In this document: positions 12,503 to 25,170 of the stretch, piece by piece
How the letters are laid out: each line of letters begins with the position of its first letter
How positions within the stretch are numbered: the first letter of the stretch is position 1
Assembly: GCA_964187785.1 (NCBI GenBank)
Contig: OZ076412.1
Location: 38,874,001-38,938,000, forward strand
From: Amphiscolops sp. MND2022
Taxonomy: Eukaryota
Direction of reading: 5' to 3'
DNA: 64,000 nt
The notes under the pieces: generated by a model
The model's input: the letters and a program-made list of their open reading frames with translations, nothing else
What the model was told of the DNA's origin: nothing
Databases searched by the model: none
Position numbers and translations under genes: made by a program

Positions 12503-13069
12503 GTTAGTCTGTATCCATTTATTCCTCTCATAGTCCATGAAACACAAACCTTTTTCAACTTTTTTCAACCTTGTTATTTTTCAATGACAAATTCTTGGGT
12601 ATTATCAAAATAGTATTCAAAAGTGTGCTTATTTGTCTAAATCAACATAGATGCAAAAAGATGCTGTAGGAAAAAAAGTTTTTTTAAAAGAAAAAAATCT
12701 CTTTCAAAAACCTTGAAGTTGTAAAACAATGCGTTCAACGGAAATGTGTTTTTGCAAGTGTTTTTGAACAGTACAATCAATTTCCCGTGCTCGGAAATTA
12801 TATACCTTGATATCATATTTAAAAAAGTTCACGTGAAGTATTTTGAGATTAGATGAGGAATGGGGTATAGAATTCTTTATAATTGGACTAAAAACAACTT
12901 TCTACTCGTATGCTAAATAACAAGCTATGATATCTCATCGATCTTACAGACGGAACACGTGCCTTACGACTTATGTCGTTGTCTCAACGTACCAGATAAA
13001 GTTTTGATAACTATCGGATCTTGGAAGTTCAACTAAAATTGTTTAACAAGTTGATAACCAAGTTGATAA

Positions 13070-13175
13070 CCCAGGCTAACCAACAGGGCTCATTCTGAGC
13101 ATTCCATCCGTGATCATGACCCTTGCATGTCATTAGTTCCAATTTCATGGATAGTCGTGGATGATTTATCATAAC
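13070..13175 (+). mobile_element. Left-end fragment of the CCCAGG EnSpm-like MITE family
   Basis: CCCAGGCTAACC...TTCATGGAT resembles the TIR of 33412-35166. Confidence 0.45.
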
Positions 13176-13178
13176 ATG

Positions 13179-13899
13179 TTTTAATGTCTCCAAAAGGTCC
13201 CCTTCATTTTTTTTGAAATTTTGGAACAAGTTGGATGTTAAAAAACCCAAAGGTTTTTTTTACATTTTTCGGCACTATGAGATTGTTTCAAAATTGTCAT
13301 TTTCGTCTGAAATTAGACTTTTTCAATCCACCAATACATTCTCAATACTATCCAAATTTTAGAAGTTATATCTGACGTAAGGAGGTCGAGATTCGGAAAA
13401 GTTGCCATATATCCAATTTTTCAACGCTATATCCGAACTATGTTGCGTTGTAAAAAGGAGGAGGCGGAGGATCAAAAAACGCGCTCTCATTTGTCCCGGT
13501 ACGCTATATCCGACTTTTTGATGTTACAACCGCAATAAATTTCGTTTCACTTAAGAGAAAAGGGGTGTTTGAAATCTTTGCGCTATATCCGAATTATGAC
13601 CTTATATCCAAAGTAAGTTGAATTTTGTGAGGTTCGAAAGAATTGCGCTACATCCGAATTCAGACGTTATATCTGAAGTAAATTGCGTTCTGCTACGGAG
13701 GAGGCTGCGGTTCGAAAAAAGTGCTCCCATCTGACCCAGCACGCTATATCCAAACTTTTAAAGCGTTTTGCGAGCACTAAAGTCACGTTTTGGGTGTTTT
13801 GACACTTTTTTGAGTTTTCATGAAAAAAGTCCTGAGCATATTGTTTGCGTTTTTTTGTGCCTTAAGTGTACCGCCGACTTTAGACGTTCCCGTCTTGTT
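13179..13899 (+). mobile_element. HINE-like copy, 5'-truncated, with internal GCTATATCCGA repeats
   Basis: 3' end CCGCCGACTTTAGACGTTCCCGTCTTGTT. GCTATATCCGA-type motifs recur over about 13380-13760. Confidence 0.6.
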
Positions 13900-13902
13900 A
13901 CA

Positions 13903-14595
13903 CTTTTAGTGGATGGTTTTTGGAAGAAAAAGGCGCCAGACTCTTACAGTGGCAAGTTTTCAAATTTTTTTTGCAAGATAAAAATTTACGTTCTGAAAGT
14001 TCCACAAAGTGACGAAATCGAGGCTGAAGCTTCCATCCTTCAAGCGTCCTTCATTTTGGCATCACCAAGTTAATAGAAAAAGTAGAGAAAGTCCCCCTCT
14101 TGGTTGTTTTCGGCACTGTGCGGCTTTTGAATTTTTGGCTTTTGAATTTTTCATAGTTTTTACCGTATAAACGAAACCATTTGGGACAAAAGTGTCCCCT
14201 AAAGGTTTTTTGGCCCTATGCAACTTTCCATTTCAAATTTTCAATTTCTCACCGAAAGGCCCCCTTCATTTTTTAATGCTTTTGTTTGGATAAATACGTT
14301 TCAAGATCCTAAAAGGAACGTTTTTTCGTTTTCCGTCTGGTTTTTCGAGACTGTGCAACTTTTTGAAAAAAAAATTCGAAACAAATTTTCCCGATTTTGC
14401 TTTTTTTCATGTTTGCCGTTAGAGGAGCGTTTTCTTAGCTCGAAAAGTTACCTTGGGTATATTAGGCACTCGTAGATTTGTGAGAATTTCCTCAACTTAT
14501 TTTTCCTAACATATGTGCCCCGAGCATGTTTCAAAAACTTGGCGCTTTTTGAACGTTAAGTGGTACACTGACTTGAGACGTTCGTTTTTTCGTTC
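13903..14595 (+). mobile_element. Diverged HINE-like copy
   Basis: Degenerate 5' end (GAAAAAGGCGCCAGACTCTTACAGTG) and degenerate 3' end (CTGACTTGAGACGTTCG). Confidence 0.45.
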
Positions 14596-16638
14596 AACAT
14601 CGATGGAGCTAAAAAAAGTAGCTTTCTCAATCAAGAAAAATTATGAGAGTATTATGAAACATTTTGCATGATTCAATAATTTGGTTCAGGTAGTGAGGAT
14701 TTTCTATTTTCTTCTTTGGAAGTATTTAAAAGATTGCATTTGTGGAATCTTGTTGAGCGACTGTTTTCCTTCATAGTTTTCCTAACGTTTAATCGAAACT
14801 CAATCGAGGACCTGGAATAGTCAGACTGAATCAAACGGATCGTTCCGTGAGTTTTTCAAATGACGTGGATAAAACGCACACAGTGGAGGGTTACAAAAGA
14901 TATTGACTCTGCGTTTCAAAAAATGTTTTTTTTCAACGGGCAATTATCTTCAGCATTTTGGAACTAATTTTTGTATCATATATGACTTGAAAATTTGTTG
15001 TCCCCTATCAAAATTAAGACTCAAATAAAAGAAACGAGAACTATACAAACGATCACCCATCCCGTTCATTGAGGTATTCCACACCTACAACCCGTTGCAG
15101 TGATTTGCCCATCCATATAAAATGCTTTTGCATATCGATGCTACAATTGATGTTTCAAATGTCACCTTTTTGCCCTGAAGAGTCTTCAGTTGCCACATTT
15201 TAAAGCCTAACCATGACAACGACCAGTTTTTTCTTCAACGACCAAAACAACTGAGCTCACTCTTAATGGTGATCTAGAATTCTATGACCTATGGAATCAT
15301 GTAAAAGTTTCAAGCAGTTTCAACTTCTCAGGGAAAGCATCGGGAAGGTCCTCCTTTGATTTTTGTTTGAATCAGCTAGAAAATTGAGACCTTTGGCGTT
15401 TTTCCAAGATGGCAACGCAAAACGTGTGAAAGTGTTATACGAAGTTGAATGACAATGTTCGTCAATTTTCATCTCCCGATTTTAAAGAACTGAAACGTGT
15501 TCGAAAAAATTTTAAAATTGGTTTCAACTTGATTAAATTTTCACTCTCCTAGCAATTTCATAAAAGGTTAAATAACGAGGCTCGTTCTCATGAAGATTAC
15601 CGAAAAAAACAAAGGGAGTAGCGAAAGAAATTTTTCAAAGAATTGACGTTCTTATTGCAGTTTCTCCAGTCGACTTCAACTGTAAACTCAAGAACCTTTT
15701 ATGTCTGACCAAAGTGAGGAATATGGCCTCAAAGAGAGTCTTCAATTCAATAAAACGTTCGAATAACCCTCCAGTTTCACATAAATCAAGAGAAAGGGTT
15801 ACACTGAAAGAATGATGACGGGAAATGGTCACAATGTGATTTCGCTTCGAAAAGAGAGTAGTAATTTAATTAACCAACAATAGTATCGTTAATTTCTCCC
15901 GAATAATTTTCATATCCTTATTGAGCTGAATTGTTTTTTTCAGGGAATGGATTTCCGCATTTCTTTCCCAAACAAAGCCGATTAGAAAGAGTTTTAATCT
16001 GACAAAACTTTCGAAATGAAACCTGAGTGCGATTTTTAACAAAGAGTTTGCAAAGAGCTTAGGCTTGCCAAAACCACTTTTGCGTTTAGTTCTCAGAAGT
16101 TCTCTACTGAAGCATCAAATTTCATTGCGCTACAAAGGGGCAAATATTGATTGCTTTTCATCGCTTTCATTTTTTCTGGGTTGCCATTGTATCAGCTTCC
16201 AAAAAATCATTCCTGGGAAATTCTGAGGTGTCTTCAAAAATGGCATGCAAAAGCTGTAAAAACAAAACATTGGAAAATTATTCTCAGCACTGTTTTTCCC
16301 ATGAAAGTTTGCAATTTTGTTTTGTAATATTGTTGTACTCAAAATACACTACAGAATTCAACGACAAAAAAGTGTCAATGCATGTGTATTCATTGGTAAC
16401 TATTCAAAAGTGAGTTTTTTGAAAGGATCTTGAAATTCAAAATTGCCATTATGATTTATAATTCAATTTTGAATATTTTCTACAAGTTTTGAGCAATTTG
16501 TTGAATGTTTGTAGCTAAAATAGTTCTGAGCAGAAAAGATACCGGGCGGTTTGTTCTTGTAATCTACTCAAATTGTTAAATTACTCAAACAAAAAATAAC
16601 TGCCGTGAACGGCGCAAGTTGGTGCCCCGCTTGAGGTT

Positions 16639-17352
16639 AACAAGACGGGAACGTCTAAAGTCCGCGCTATATCTAAGGCTCAAAAAGCGCAGAGTTTTCT
16701 AAATATGCCCAGGATGTATTCATGAAAAGCTTTTTGAAAACACTTTCGAGACACCCAAAGTGTGCCTTTCATGCTGGATATGACTGGAAAATCACTTTTC
16801 CCGACTGGAAACAAAAAAAAATTTGAAATTTTTTTTGAAAAAAATTTTGAAATTTTTTTTGAAAAAAAGTTTTTGAAATTTTTTTTTGAAAAAAACTTCG
16901 AAAACGCCGCATAGTGCCGAAAAATGAAAAGGGGGGCCCTTTGGGATTCATTAACATACTTTCTGTTGCAAAATATCAAAAAAAATCCGAAGGGGGGACT
17001 CTTTTGAGACATTAAAAATTTTCGAAAAAAATTCGCACAGTGCCGAAAAAAAATTGAAAGGGGGACCCTTTGGAGTCTTCCGGTTTTGTAGGTTACGTAA
17101 AAAAGGTAAAAAACGAAAGGGGGGACCCTTTGCAGTAAGTTTGCATTGGTCGAACTTGGCCTGAGGGAACTTATCAGTTTCTGTAAAAAGTGGTACATAC
17201 GCGATGAGCTCTGTGGTCTGACGAAAAAAAAACAAAACCTGGCCACTGTAATAGTCGGGCTTTTTTCCTTAAAGGAAAAGGCGCCGACTAAAAACTACTC
17301 ACTGTAAGAGTCGGGCTTTTTTCCTTAAGGGAAAAGGCGCCGACTAAAAAAC
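16639..17352 (-). mobile_element. HINE-like copy with tandemly duplicated 5' hairpin
   Basis: 3' end on plus reads AACAAGACGGGAACGTCTAAAGTCCGCGCTATATCTAAGGCTC. Two copies of AGTCGGGCTTTTTTCCTTAA.GGAAAAGGCGCCGACTAAAA lie at about 17245-17296 and 17300-17352. Confidence 0.7.
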
Positions 17353-17442
17353 TATCCTGCAGATTTCTTCGATTCGCAAATTTCAGGGGCTGTTTATGTG
17401 ACCAGACAGACGCTTGTGGCAACTACGTAATGTGTTAGCACA

Positions 17443-17697
17443 CTAACCATATTTTGATGGAAATAGCTCTTCGTTGTTCAAAATTTTCTCCAGATTCTTC
17501 ATGGAGTTCTCAATCAATGCTCTTGCGTCGACAGCTCCAGAATTCTTTGACGTGATCTTCTTGCCAGTTCTTTCATCTAACATTGTCCACGTTCTGTGGA
17601 CAAAAGATGAATGAGCGCAATGATCATAGATAGCGCTAAAAATTTGAGATGCGCGTTTGACTTCCACCCTCATGTTTGTTATAACAACCTTTGTCAA
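17443..17697 (-). pseudogene. Possible P-element/THAP9-type transposase fragment
   Basis: NMRVEVKRASQIFS resembles the P-transposase motif KM.V..A.Q+FS. No other motif was recovered. Confidence 0.3.
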
Positions 17698-17944
17698 ATC
17701 ATGAAGAATGACTCAACACCGGTGAAAAATCTCAAGTTTTAAAATGTTTTCAGATAGAAAAAAGTCCTTTTAGGCTCACAGAGTCGTCTCTTCGAATACT
17801 TTCCGGACGATATATAATACTCCTTGGGAAAAAATCCCCAGCTGCGAGATTAATTCTTTCCTATTTGAAGCATAGGTGAAAAATAATAGTTATGAGCATC
17901 TTACACATTGTGAGAGCCTGAGAGTATTGGGAATGGCCCAAACA

Positions 17945-18370
17945 AACAAACCGGGAATGGCCCAAATCGGCACCCCGCTCTAGGTTCAAACAGAACACAA
18001 CGTTCTGAATATGCTAAAAGGACACTTCTGTGAAAATATTTATCAAATTAACAGTGCCAAAAAAATCCGAAAGGTACACATGAGATTCGAAAACCGCTTT
18101 TCCCTTTGAAAAAAATTCGAAATATTTTACATCTGAAAAAAATCTCACAGTGCCAATGACCCCAAAAGGAAACCCTTGAAGTTCGCAAAACGTTTTATTT
18201 CCACAATTATTGAGAAAAGTCTCATCTGTCCCAAGGACAAAAAACAACCAAAGAGGTCAACTTTAAGCCTTGGAAAATGATTTTCCTGACAGAAAACCTC
18301 TGACATATTTTCCTGACAGAAAATTAAAATTTGTATGAAATCTCTTTGCTCGCAAAACGCTTTATGTTTG
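17945..18370 (-). mobile_element. HINE-like copy (variant 3' end), interrupted
   Basis: 3' end on plus reads AAACAAACCGGGAATGGCCCAAATCGGCACC. Confidence 0.5.
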
Positions 18371-18371
18371 T

Positions 18372-18753
18372 TAACAAGCCGGGAACGGCATAAGTCGGTG
18401 CCGTATCTAAGGCTCAAAAATAGCAAAAGGACATGAAAGTGTAAAAAACTCAAAGTATCAAACTCACAAAAAGAGTATCAAACTCACGAAAAATCCAAAC
18501 GACCGAACTGGCGCGCTAAAAAAGGGGACCTTTTCCGATTTTTTTAACATCTATTGTTGCAAAACATCAAAAAATTGAAGGGGGACCCTTTTGGGAAATT
18601 ATTTTCCGAAAAACGTCTCACAATGCCAAAAAATTGAAAGGGCGACCCTTTTGGATTTTTCAACATCTTTTCTGTCACCAAGTTTTAAAAAAAGATTGAA
18701 AAAAAGAGTCACTATAATAGTCACGTTTCACTTCATGAAGCGCCGACTAAAAA
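18372..18753 (-). mobile_element. HINE-like copy
   Basis: 3' end AACAAGCCGGGAACGGCATAAGTCGGTGCCGTATCTAAGGCTC; 5' end GCGCCGACTAAAAA. Confidence 0.65.
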
Positions 18754-18850
18754 TGGAGGAAAGGGGCTTATGTAAAAAATGAAAGAACGTTGCATGGTAC
18801 CGGAAAATCGAAGAGGGACTCTTTGGTTTGTCCTTCAGCTTTGCATACAT

Positions 18851-19608
18851 AAACAAGCTGAGAACGGCCGACGTCGGCGCCACGTTCATGGTTCGAAAAA
18901 GTAAAGTTTTTTACATATCCAAAAGTGCACTTTTTTGAATTTCATCAAGTTCACAGTGCCAAAGTATACCGCAAGGAAAACCAATTTTTTCCCCAACTGG
19001 AGACAACAAAACTTCTCAAAAAATTAAAAATTGAGGAATTTTTTTGCGAAACTTTTCGAGAATATTTTTATGAAGTCTCTGGTAGTCAGTCGCATAGTGG
19101 CGAAAACCCTAAGGAGTCCACTATGCTCGTAAATTTTTCGTTTCTGGTGAAATTTGATTGGGCGTTTTGAGAAAAACAAATTGGAAAAAAGTCGCATGGA
19201 AAAGACTCCTCTTTCAGAAAAATTCGGATATAGCGTGCTGAGAAAGGGGGCGTCAGGCTTCTTGAAAATCCAGTTTGATGCTAATTATCAAACAATTGAA
19301 GGGCGGACTCAATGGAGAAAATGAAAAGTTTTCGAAAACAAACGAAAAATGAGAATTTGGAACAGTCTCATAGTGTCGAAAAATGTAATAGGGGACCTTT
19401 TAGGATTTTTTAAACATCCATTCTGTTGTAAAATATAAAAAAGTTGAAAGGAACCTTTTGAGACGCTAAAAACCTTTGAAAAAGAAGTCTCAAGCTGAAA
19501 TAACAAGCACAAAAAAATTTTGGTCAAGTGCGAGTTTCGAACCCAAACGCTCGTGCTTCTCAGGTTCCGTCACCAGGCCTGAAAATGTGCGTTAACTGCT
19601 AGGCCAAA
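18851..19608 (-). mobile_element. HINE-like copy carrying a tRNA-like A/B-box segment
   Basis: 3' end AAACAAGCTGAGAACGGCCGACGTCGGCGCC. The minus strand at 19525-19608 has TGGCCTAGCAGTTAA (A box) and GGTTCGAAAC (B box). Confidence 0.5.
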
Positions 19609-21520
19609 AAACCTTATAGAATTTTTGAAAATTTATAAAACTGGACGCTTCAGAGTGATTGACGAAAAAAATTGCCACAGTAAGTGACCTACAAAAAAGT
19701 TTCGTAGAGGTCGAAAAAGCCGAACGGGATCCTTTTGGTCTCATCAAGTTTTGCAAACAAGAAAATCGTAAAACTTGATCGACAAAAGCAATGTGAGGGT
19801 TCGCGTCCCTTGAAAAAACAACTACTTTAGTTTGCACTTTGCAAAAAACTTGTTCATCTCCCCACAAAATGAAAGAAACCGCACAAACCTTCAAAGAGAT
19901 AAGCAACCATGGCTTTTAGAAGTTTCAAAAAGCTCCGTTGAAATTCCAAATGCAGCGGTATTTCCGTCTTGCGAAGTTATAGGTCGGTTTTGTTGTTCTG
20001 AAGAAACTACTACCGTTATAGTGAGTTCAAGCATTTTTCTTGCATCTTTTCTGTAAAGTTGCAGTTTTTCTTATGACCAAAAGATTAGACAGAAACGTCG
20101 GAACCTGCACGAATTTTCTAAGAGATTGATGATCTCGTAAAAGTGTAAGATCTGCACTGGCTCTTGAAGATTGTCTGAAAAGACTTATTCTTTCACGATA
20201 TATTCAATATTTTCAATTTCCGAAAGAATTTGACTCACAATTGTGAGTGAAGACTGTAAGTAGTGAATAAACGCACAGTGAATTTCCGATTTTCATCCAT
20301 CATTTGGAAAAACTGTCCGATCTACAAGATTATTTCAAGACAAAGCCAAGTTATGAAGGTGTTGGTCAGGGGAGATTTCAGTCACAGCAATAGACGTTTT
20401 GTCAGTTACAGCAATCACGTTCTACTTCTTTTGAAAAACACTCGTTTTGCAGTCAATTCCACAAGTTGAAAAGTGGAATCGACTGAACGCCAAAGTGGAA
20501 TTGGCTGCGAGCCAAAATGGAATCCACTGTAAGCCAAAGTGAAATCCACTGTAATTTTCAGCGAATTTCGCTGAAAGTTGAAATAAGCTGTCGCAATTGG
20601 TTTAATTCAGTTGGCAGTGAAAAGCAGTGGATTCCGAAGCACGCATTTTTGTACATTAGCTAGATATGTTAGTGGAATCCAAAACAGGCAACAGCGGAAT
20701 CCATTGAAAATCAGTGAAATACATGTTTAATATTAATAATACGTCAGTGGATTTCGGCGACTTACTAGCACAAATGTGTGCTTACCCACCTATAGCACTG
20801 TAATGCTCGCAAGGTCGCAATCGACCATGGTGTAAATTTTGGCTGTCCTCAGAAATTGTATCGATAGTTTTTCTGCAACAGAAACTTCAAAAATGATATT
20901 TTCAAGAGAGCAAATTGTTTTAGTCGAAAAGAGGCATTCATTTAATTTAATCCAAATAACTTGAAAATATCTGAATCGAAGGAACCAGAAGCCCTGCAAG
21001 TTTTTGTGTAACATGTGTTTCAAAATTTTTAATGTTTAAGATAGAGACTTTTCCATGATTCTTATATTTGGACCTGCGAAGTAACTTATAATTGTTTTGG
21101 TTGGATGTGCTAATGCTGACACTAAATTGAACTCTTACGTAATTGGATAGATAATCAGTGAATTCATTGTTTCTAGTCTGGTTCCGCTTCAAAAACTTGT
21201 CAATTTCGCTTGGTCAACCCGAACCTGTACTTTGTCAATGTTTAAAAGTTCCTGAATCTTACATAATTTATCTTTGAAAAAAGAGTCTTGTTGGCATCTT
21301 GCTTTTACCTCGCATTAATATAATAACGTAGACAGTTCATCGGTCTCTTTAGGCGTTTGTTGATTGGTTGAACGTGGAAAGTAGGTATAGAGTTTTCAGA
21401 AAAAAAATAACGTGACATTGACCCATTTGCACTGAAGGTAGTTTGAATTTTTGTGATGCATATCTGGCTGTTTCCCCATGTTTACCGCGAGCCTTGCGCG
21501 AAACTCCTTTGTGCCTTCGC

Positions 21521-22082
21521 TTTTAGTCGACGTTGTCGAAGAAAAAGCACAACTCTTACAGTCGCTAGTTTTTTCGTCAGTGCAACGCAATCGGTCCACT
21601 TTTTGTGCAAAATGCACTTTTACCGTAATTTTTTAATACTTCATTTTGAACGTATCCAAAGCATGTGACATGAATTAAAACACCATTCCAAAGCAGAAGG
21701 GTCCCCTTTTCCACTTTTGTTGACACTATAAGACTTCGTCTTTTTTCGGCTTCTTGTTACTTTTTTTCGAATATATTTTTCGATGTCTCCAAAGGGTCCC
21801 CTTGAATTGTTTGATATTTGCAACAGAATGGATGTTCAAAAACCTCGAAGGGTCGTCCCCCCTTTCAGTTTTTTGGCAGTATTAGGCCGTTCAAAGTTTT
21901 GAATTTTTATTTTATTCGAAATTTTTTTTTAAAGCCCAAAGAGTCCCTCCTTCAGTTTTTTCTATTTTTTGCAACAGAATGGAGTTTCAAAAAGCCCAAA
22001 GTATCCCCCTTTTATAATTTCAAAAACTTTGGGCTTGTGAGCCTTAGATATAGCGCCAAATTTGGCCGTTCCCGGCTTGTTT
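21521..22082 (+). mobile_element. HINE-like copy
   Basis: Degenerate 5' hairpin, AAAGGGTCCCC repeats, and 3' GAGCCTTAGATATAGCGCCAAATTTGGCCGTTCCCGGCTTGTT. Confidence 0.7.
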
Positions 22083-24764
22083 CTTTTTCACTTTTTTGTT
22101 TCTGCTGTCACGGTAGAGTTTTAATTTTTTTCTTGGATTGGGGAGTTGGGGAAATTAATTTTATTTTTCTTCTTCTTCCTCCAGTTTTTGGAATTTTTAC
22201 CTTGGTCTCAAAAAATTTCCGAAATTTGTTTTTTTTTCCATTTTGACAAGTTTTCAGCAAATCTAGTAAGCAAGTTTTTGACAGATTTTTAGAAAGTTCG
22301 GTCTTTAAAAAAACCGTATGGAAGCAAAACTCTCGTCGATCACTTTCAACTTTAGTCCGAGACCAGAAGTGAAAAAAACAGTTCAAACTGGTCAAATTGA
22401 GGTTTTAATTTGATTTTTCTAGCAGCTTATAGCATGGCCATTCTAGTTTATCAATTCACGTTTAAGCGTTTCATGAGCTGGTTTGACCGTAGCAGGACAA
22501 TGACCTATGGTTCTATTGACTTTAGAGCCATAAAGTAGAATTGATTTTTTAAAAACAAAAATTGTTTGTAATTGTTTTTCGATGGAAAAGAACAAAAGAA
22601 CGATGAACTAAAATTTTGACCTTTTTTCCGAAAACAATACTGAATGACAGCAGAAGCCAAAAAGGTATTTTTTGCGCAGATAAAAAGGATGTGGTTTGAA
22701 CTTTGGAAGAATATTGAGCAAGAGGACGCCAAAAAATGTTTTAGTATGATAGTTTGAGAAAAAGGGATTCCGGTGTACAAACACAAGTAGTTGACGATTC
22801 ATTCTTAGTATCTTGTTTCTTCAGGATTTGATTGCATGACATCAGTTTATGATTTATTTCGATTCCAATTTCATTGTATACAGACCTTAGAAAGTTTGAA
22901 GTGCAAAACTCACAGGCGGTGAATTGCATGGGATTTGATTGGTGTACATTCGTGCTTTGCGAACTGGGGTATCTCGAAGGTTCTGAATACTTTATAACTT
23001 TGAACCTAAAACAGTTCATTGTGAAAATTTTTACGGAGACTAGATCCCCTAACTTTTTAAAGGGTCAAGCGATTAACTAAGCTCATGTTTCTTTTCCGAG
23101 AAAAGACATAAAAAATTTCTATCTACCAAGTCAATAAAAATCAAACTTTTTCGATGTCAGTCCTCTTTTGGTTCAATTCCTGCAGTATCCAATGATTAAT
23201 TTCGGCAGCCTAAAAGTGGAAGTGCCTGGGGTGTTTTTGCCTCAGTAAAATTTGGTTCTAAAATTGAAGTTAATTATGCATATCATCTATCTGCCCACGA
23301 TGACTTTACGAAGCCTCTGTCTCAAAACGTTTTTGCGGGTGAGCAGCACCTAATAAAAACGCGTGATCAAAAAGTTCCGGTGAAAGCGCCGTTGGGATTC
23401 ACACTGCTGCATTTACGGACATTTTTCATAGGATTGATTCACCCAGCCACAAAAATGTTTGCTTATGTGCTCAGGTGTCAGAGATTTGCAAGTATCTTAA
23501 GTGAAATTAGCAGCCAATCGAATCTTCTAAGACGATATTTCCCATTTGTCTTCTAGCATTAAGTTGCATTTTCCATTGAAGATTGATTTTTTGTGAAAGA
23601 ATCTTGAGTTCTGTTTTTCTAAAATTGACTGTTTATACACCCCATTCAAGTTTTAATATTCAGACTCAGAGTTACATAAAACATGCAAGTTACCAGGAAA
23701 TTTCAATTGAAACATGTCATAGCAGTGGAAATTCAGAAGATTCGTTGCAAGTTTTTGCACGTCATCTTGCAGAATAACGCATTATCATGGAAGATTCTGA
23801 ACAGAAAACCTGACCTGCTCTTGCCAAAAATCTCTAAAAGTTCAACTAGGTAGGGAGTAAGAACCCACGTATGAATGCCCGCGTTTTTCAGAACGAAAGC
23901 TCTGTCAGAGTAAAGAGTAAAAAAGAAATGGCATCTGTTTTTGATTTGATTTTGACAGGTTATTGATTCAATAATGGATTTGGTAGATAAGAAATCAGGA
24001 TGAAAAATTATGGAGCTTCGAGAACTGCTTTAAAACAATCGGAAATTTTTTGAAGATAGTGCATTTTCCCATTTTCTTGTCGTGTTTGAAACCTTCAATG
24101 GGTCTTCTAGAAGTTGAAAATCTCTGTACGTGACTTTTAAAGTGCTTAAAACCATTATAAAAAACTTTATGGAACTTTTGACCGCTAATGAGCAAAGGTC
24201 ACCATCGATCATTGGAGGACAATTTTCTTTCATCTGATTAAAAAGAGTCACTCACAACTTCAGAATAAATTTTCAAAGCCACTTTAATCATCATTCTCTT
24301 GCCTTTGAGCTTTCTGCAGAAGGCTCGAAAACAGCATCAGGCTGTTAAAGTTTGATATCTCATTAATTTTAGGCATTATTTTTAATCCAAAGCCGGTTTT
24401 TCTCAGAAAAAGTTTGATGACTTGGGCTGTAGAATTTGATGAAATTTTGAGGATCCAGTGAAAGCTCCAGAAGATTAAAAATTTGATATGGTATCTCCCC
24501 ACAACAGATATTAAAAGCAATAAAAGTCTGAACTTCGATAAGGTGCCTTTTAGCTTAAGGTTTTTGAACAGCCCGTGTAGACGAAAGCAATCAATTTTGA
24601 TGCAAATCTGGCAAAATTATTTCCAGTATGAGTTTTTTAATTGCCCCGATACAGGAAAACAGGAGCCGGAAATACTTTCACGAGTGATTAAAAAATATTC
24701 AACCAAGTTACCATCAAAGGCCAACTGCCACTTTCAATTTACCAATGCTGATAATTAGATTGAA

Positions 24765-25170
24765 AACAAGCTGGGAATGGTCCAAGTTGGCGCCGCGTTC
24801 AAGGTTCAGAAAGAGCAACGTATTCTGAATACGTGAAGGAGCACTATTTGAGAAGTTTTATGAGCTATACGGCGCCAAAAATACTCGAAACAGAAAAAAA
24901 CAATCAGGAAAAATCTCATTGTGCCGAAAAACTCAAAAGAAGACCATATATATTAGAAATACTTTTTGCCAGAAATTGAAGGGAGGCTTAGGTAAAAAAA
25001 ATTCTGAAAAAAGTAGCACAGTGCCGTAGAGACTACCAAAGAGAGGACTTTTTAGTCTTCACTCTACCTTTGCAAGCATAAAGAGCTTGATGTAGCGCGG
25101 GACTCGAACCCAAGTACTCTTGCTTTTCAAGCTTGGTCACCACGCCCGGAAATCGCCGTTAACCACATCG
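24765..25170 (-). mobile_element. HINE-like variant with tRNA-like A/B-box segment
   Basis: 3' end AACAAGCTGGGAATGGTCCAAGTTGGCGCC. Minus strand TGGTTAACGGCG...GGGTTCGAGTCCC at 25090-25170 is homologous to 19525-19608. Confidence 0.5.

Noticed and set aside
16680-17246. 188-aa ORF and similar F/K-rich ORFs (4803-5222, 21818-22246)
   Set aside because: They are translations of HINE internal repeats, with low-complexity composition and no domain motifs.
19525-25170. Functional tRNA genes
   Set aside because: A and B boxes are present, but no acceptor or anticodon stems form and the segments are embedded in repeats.
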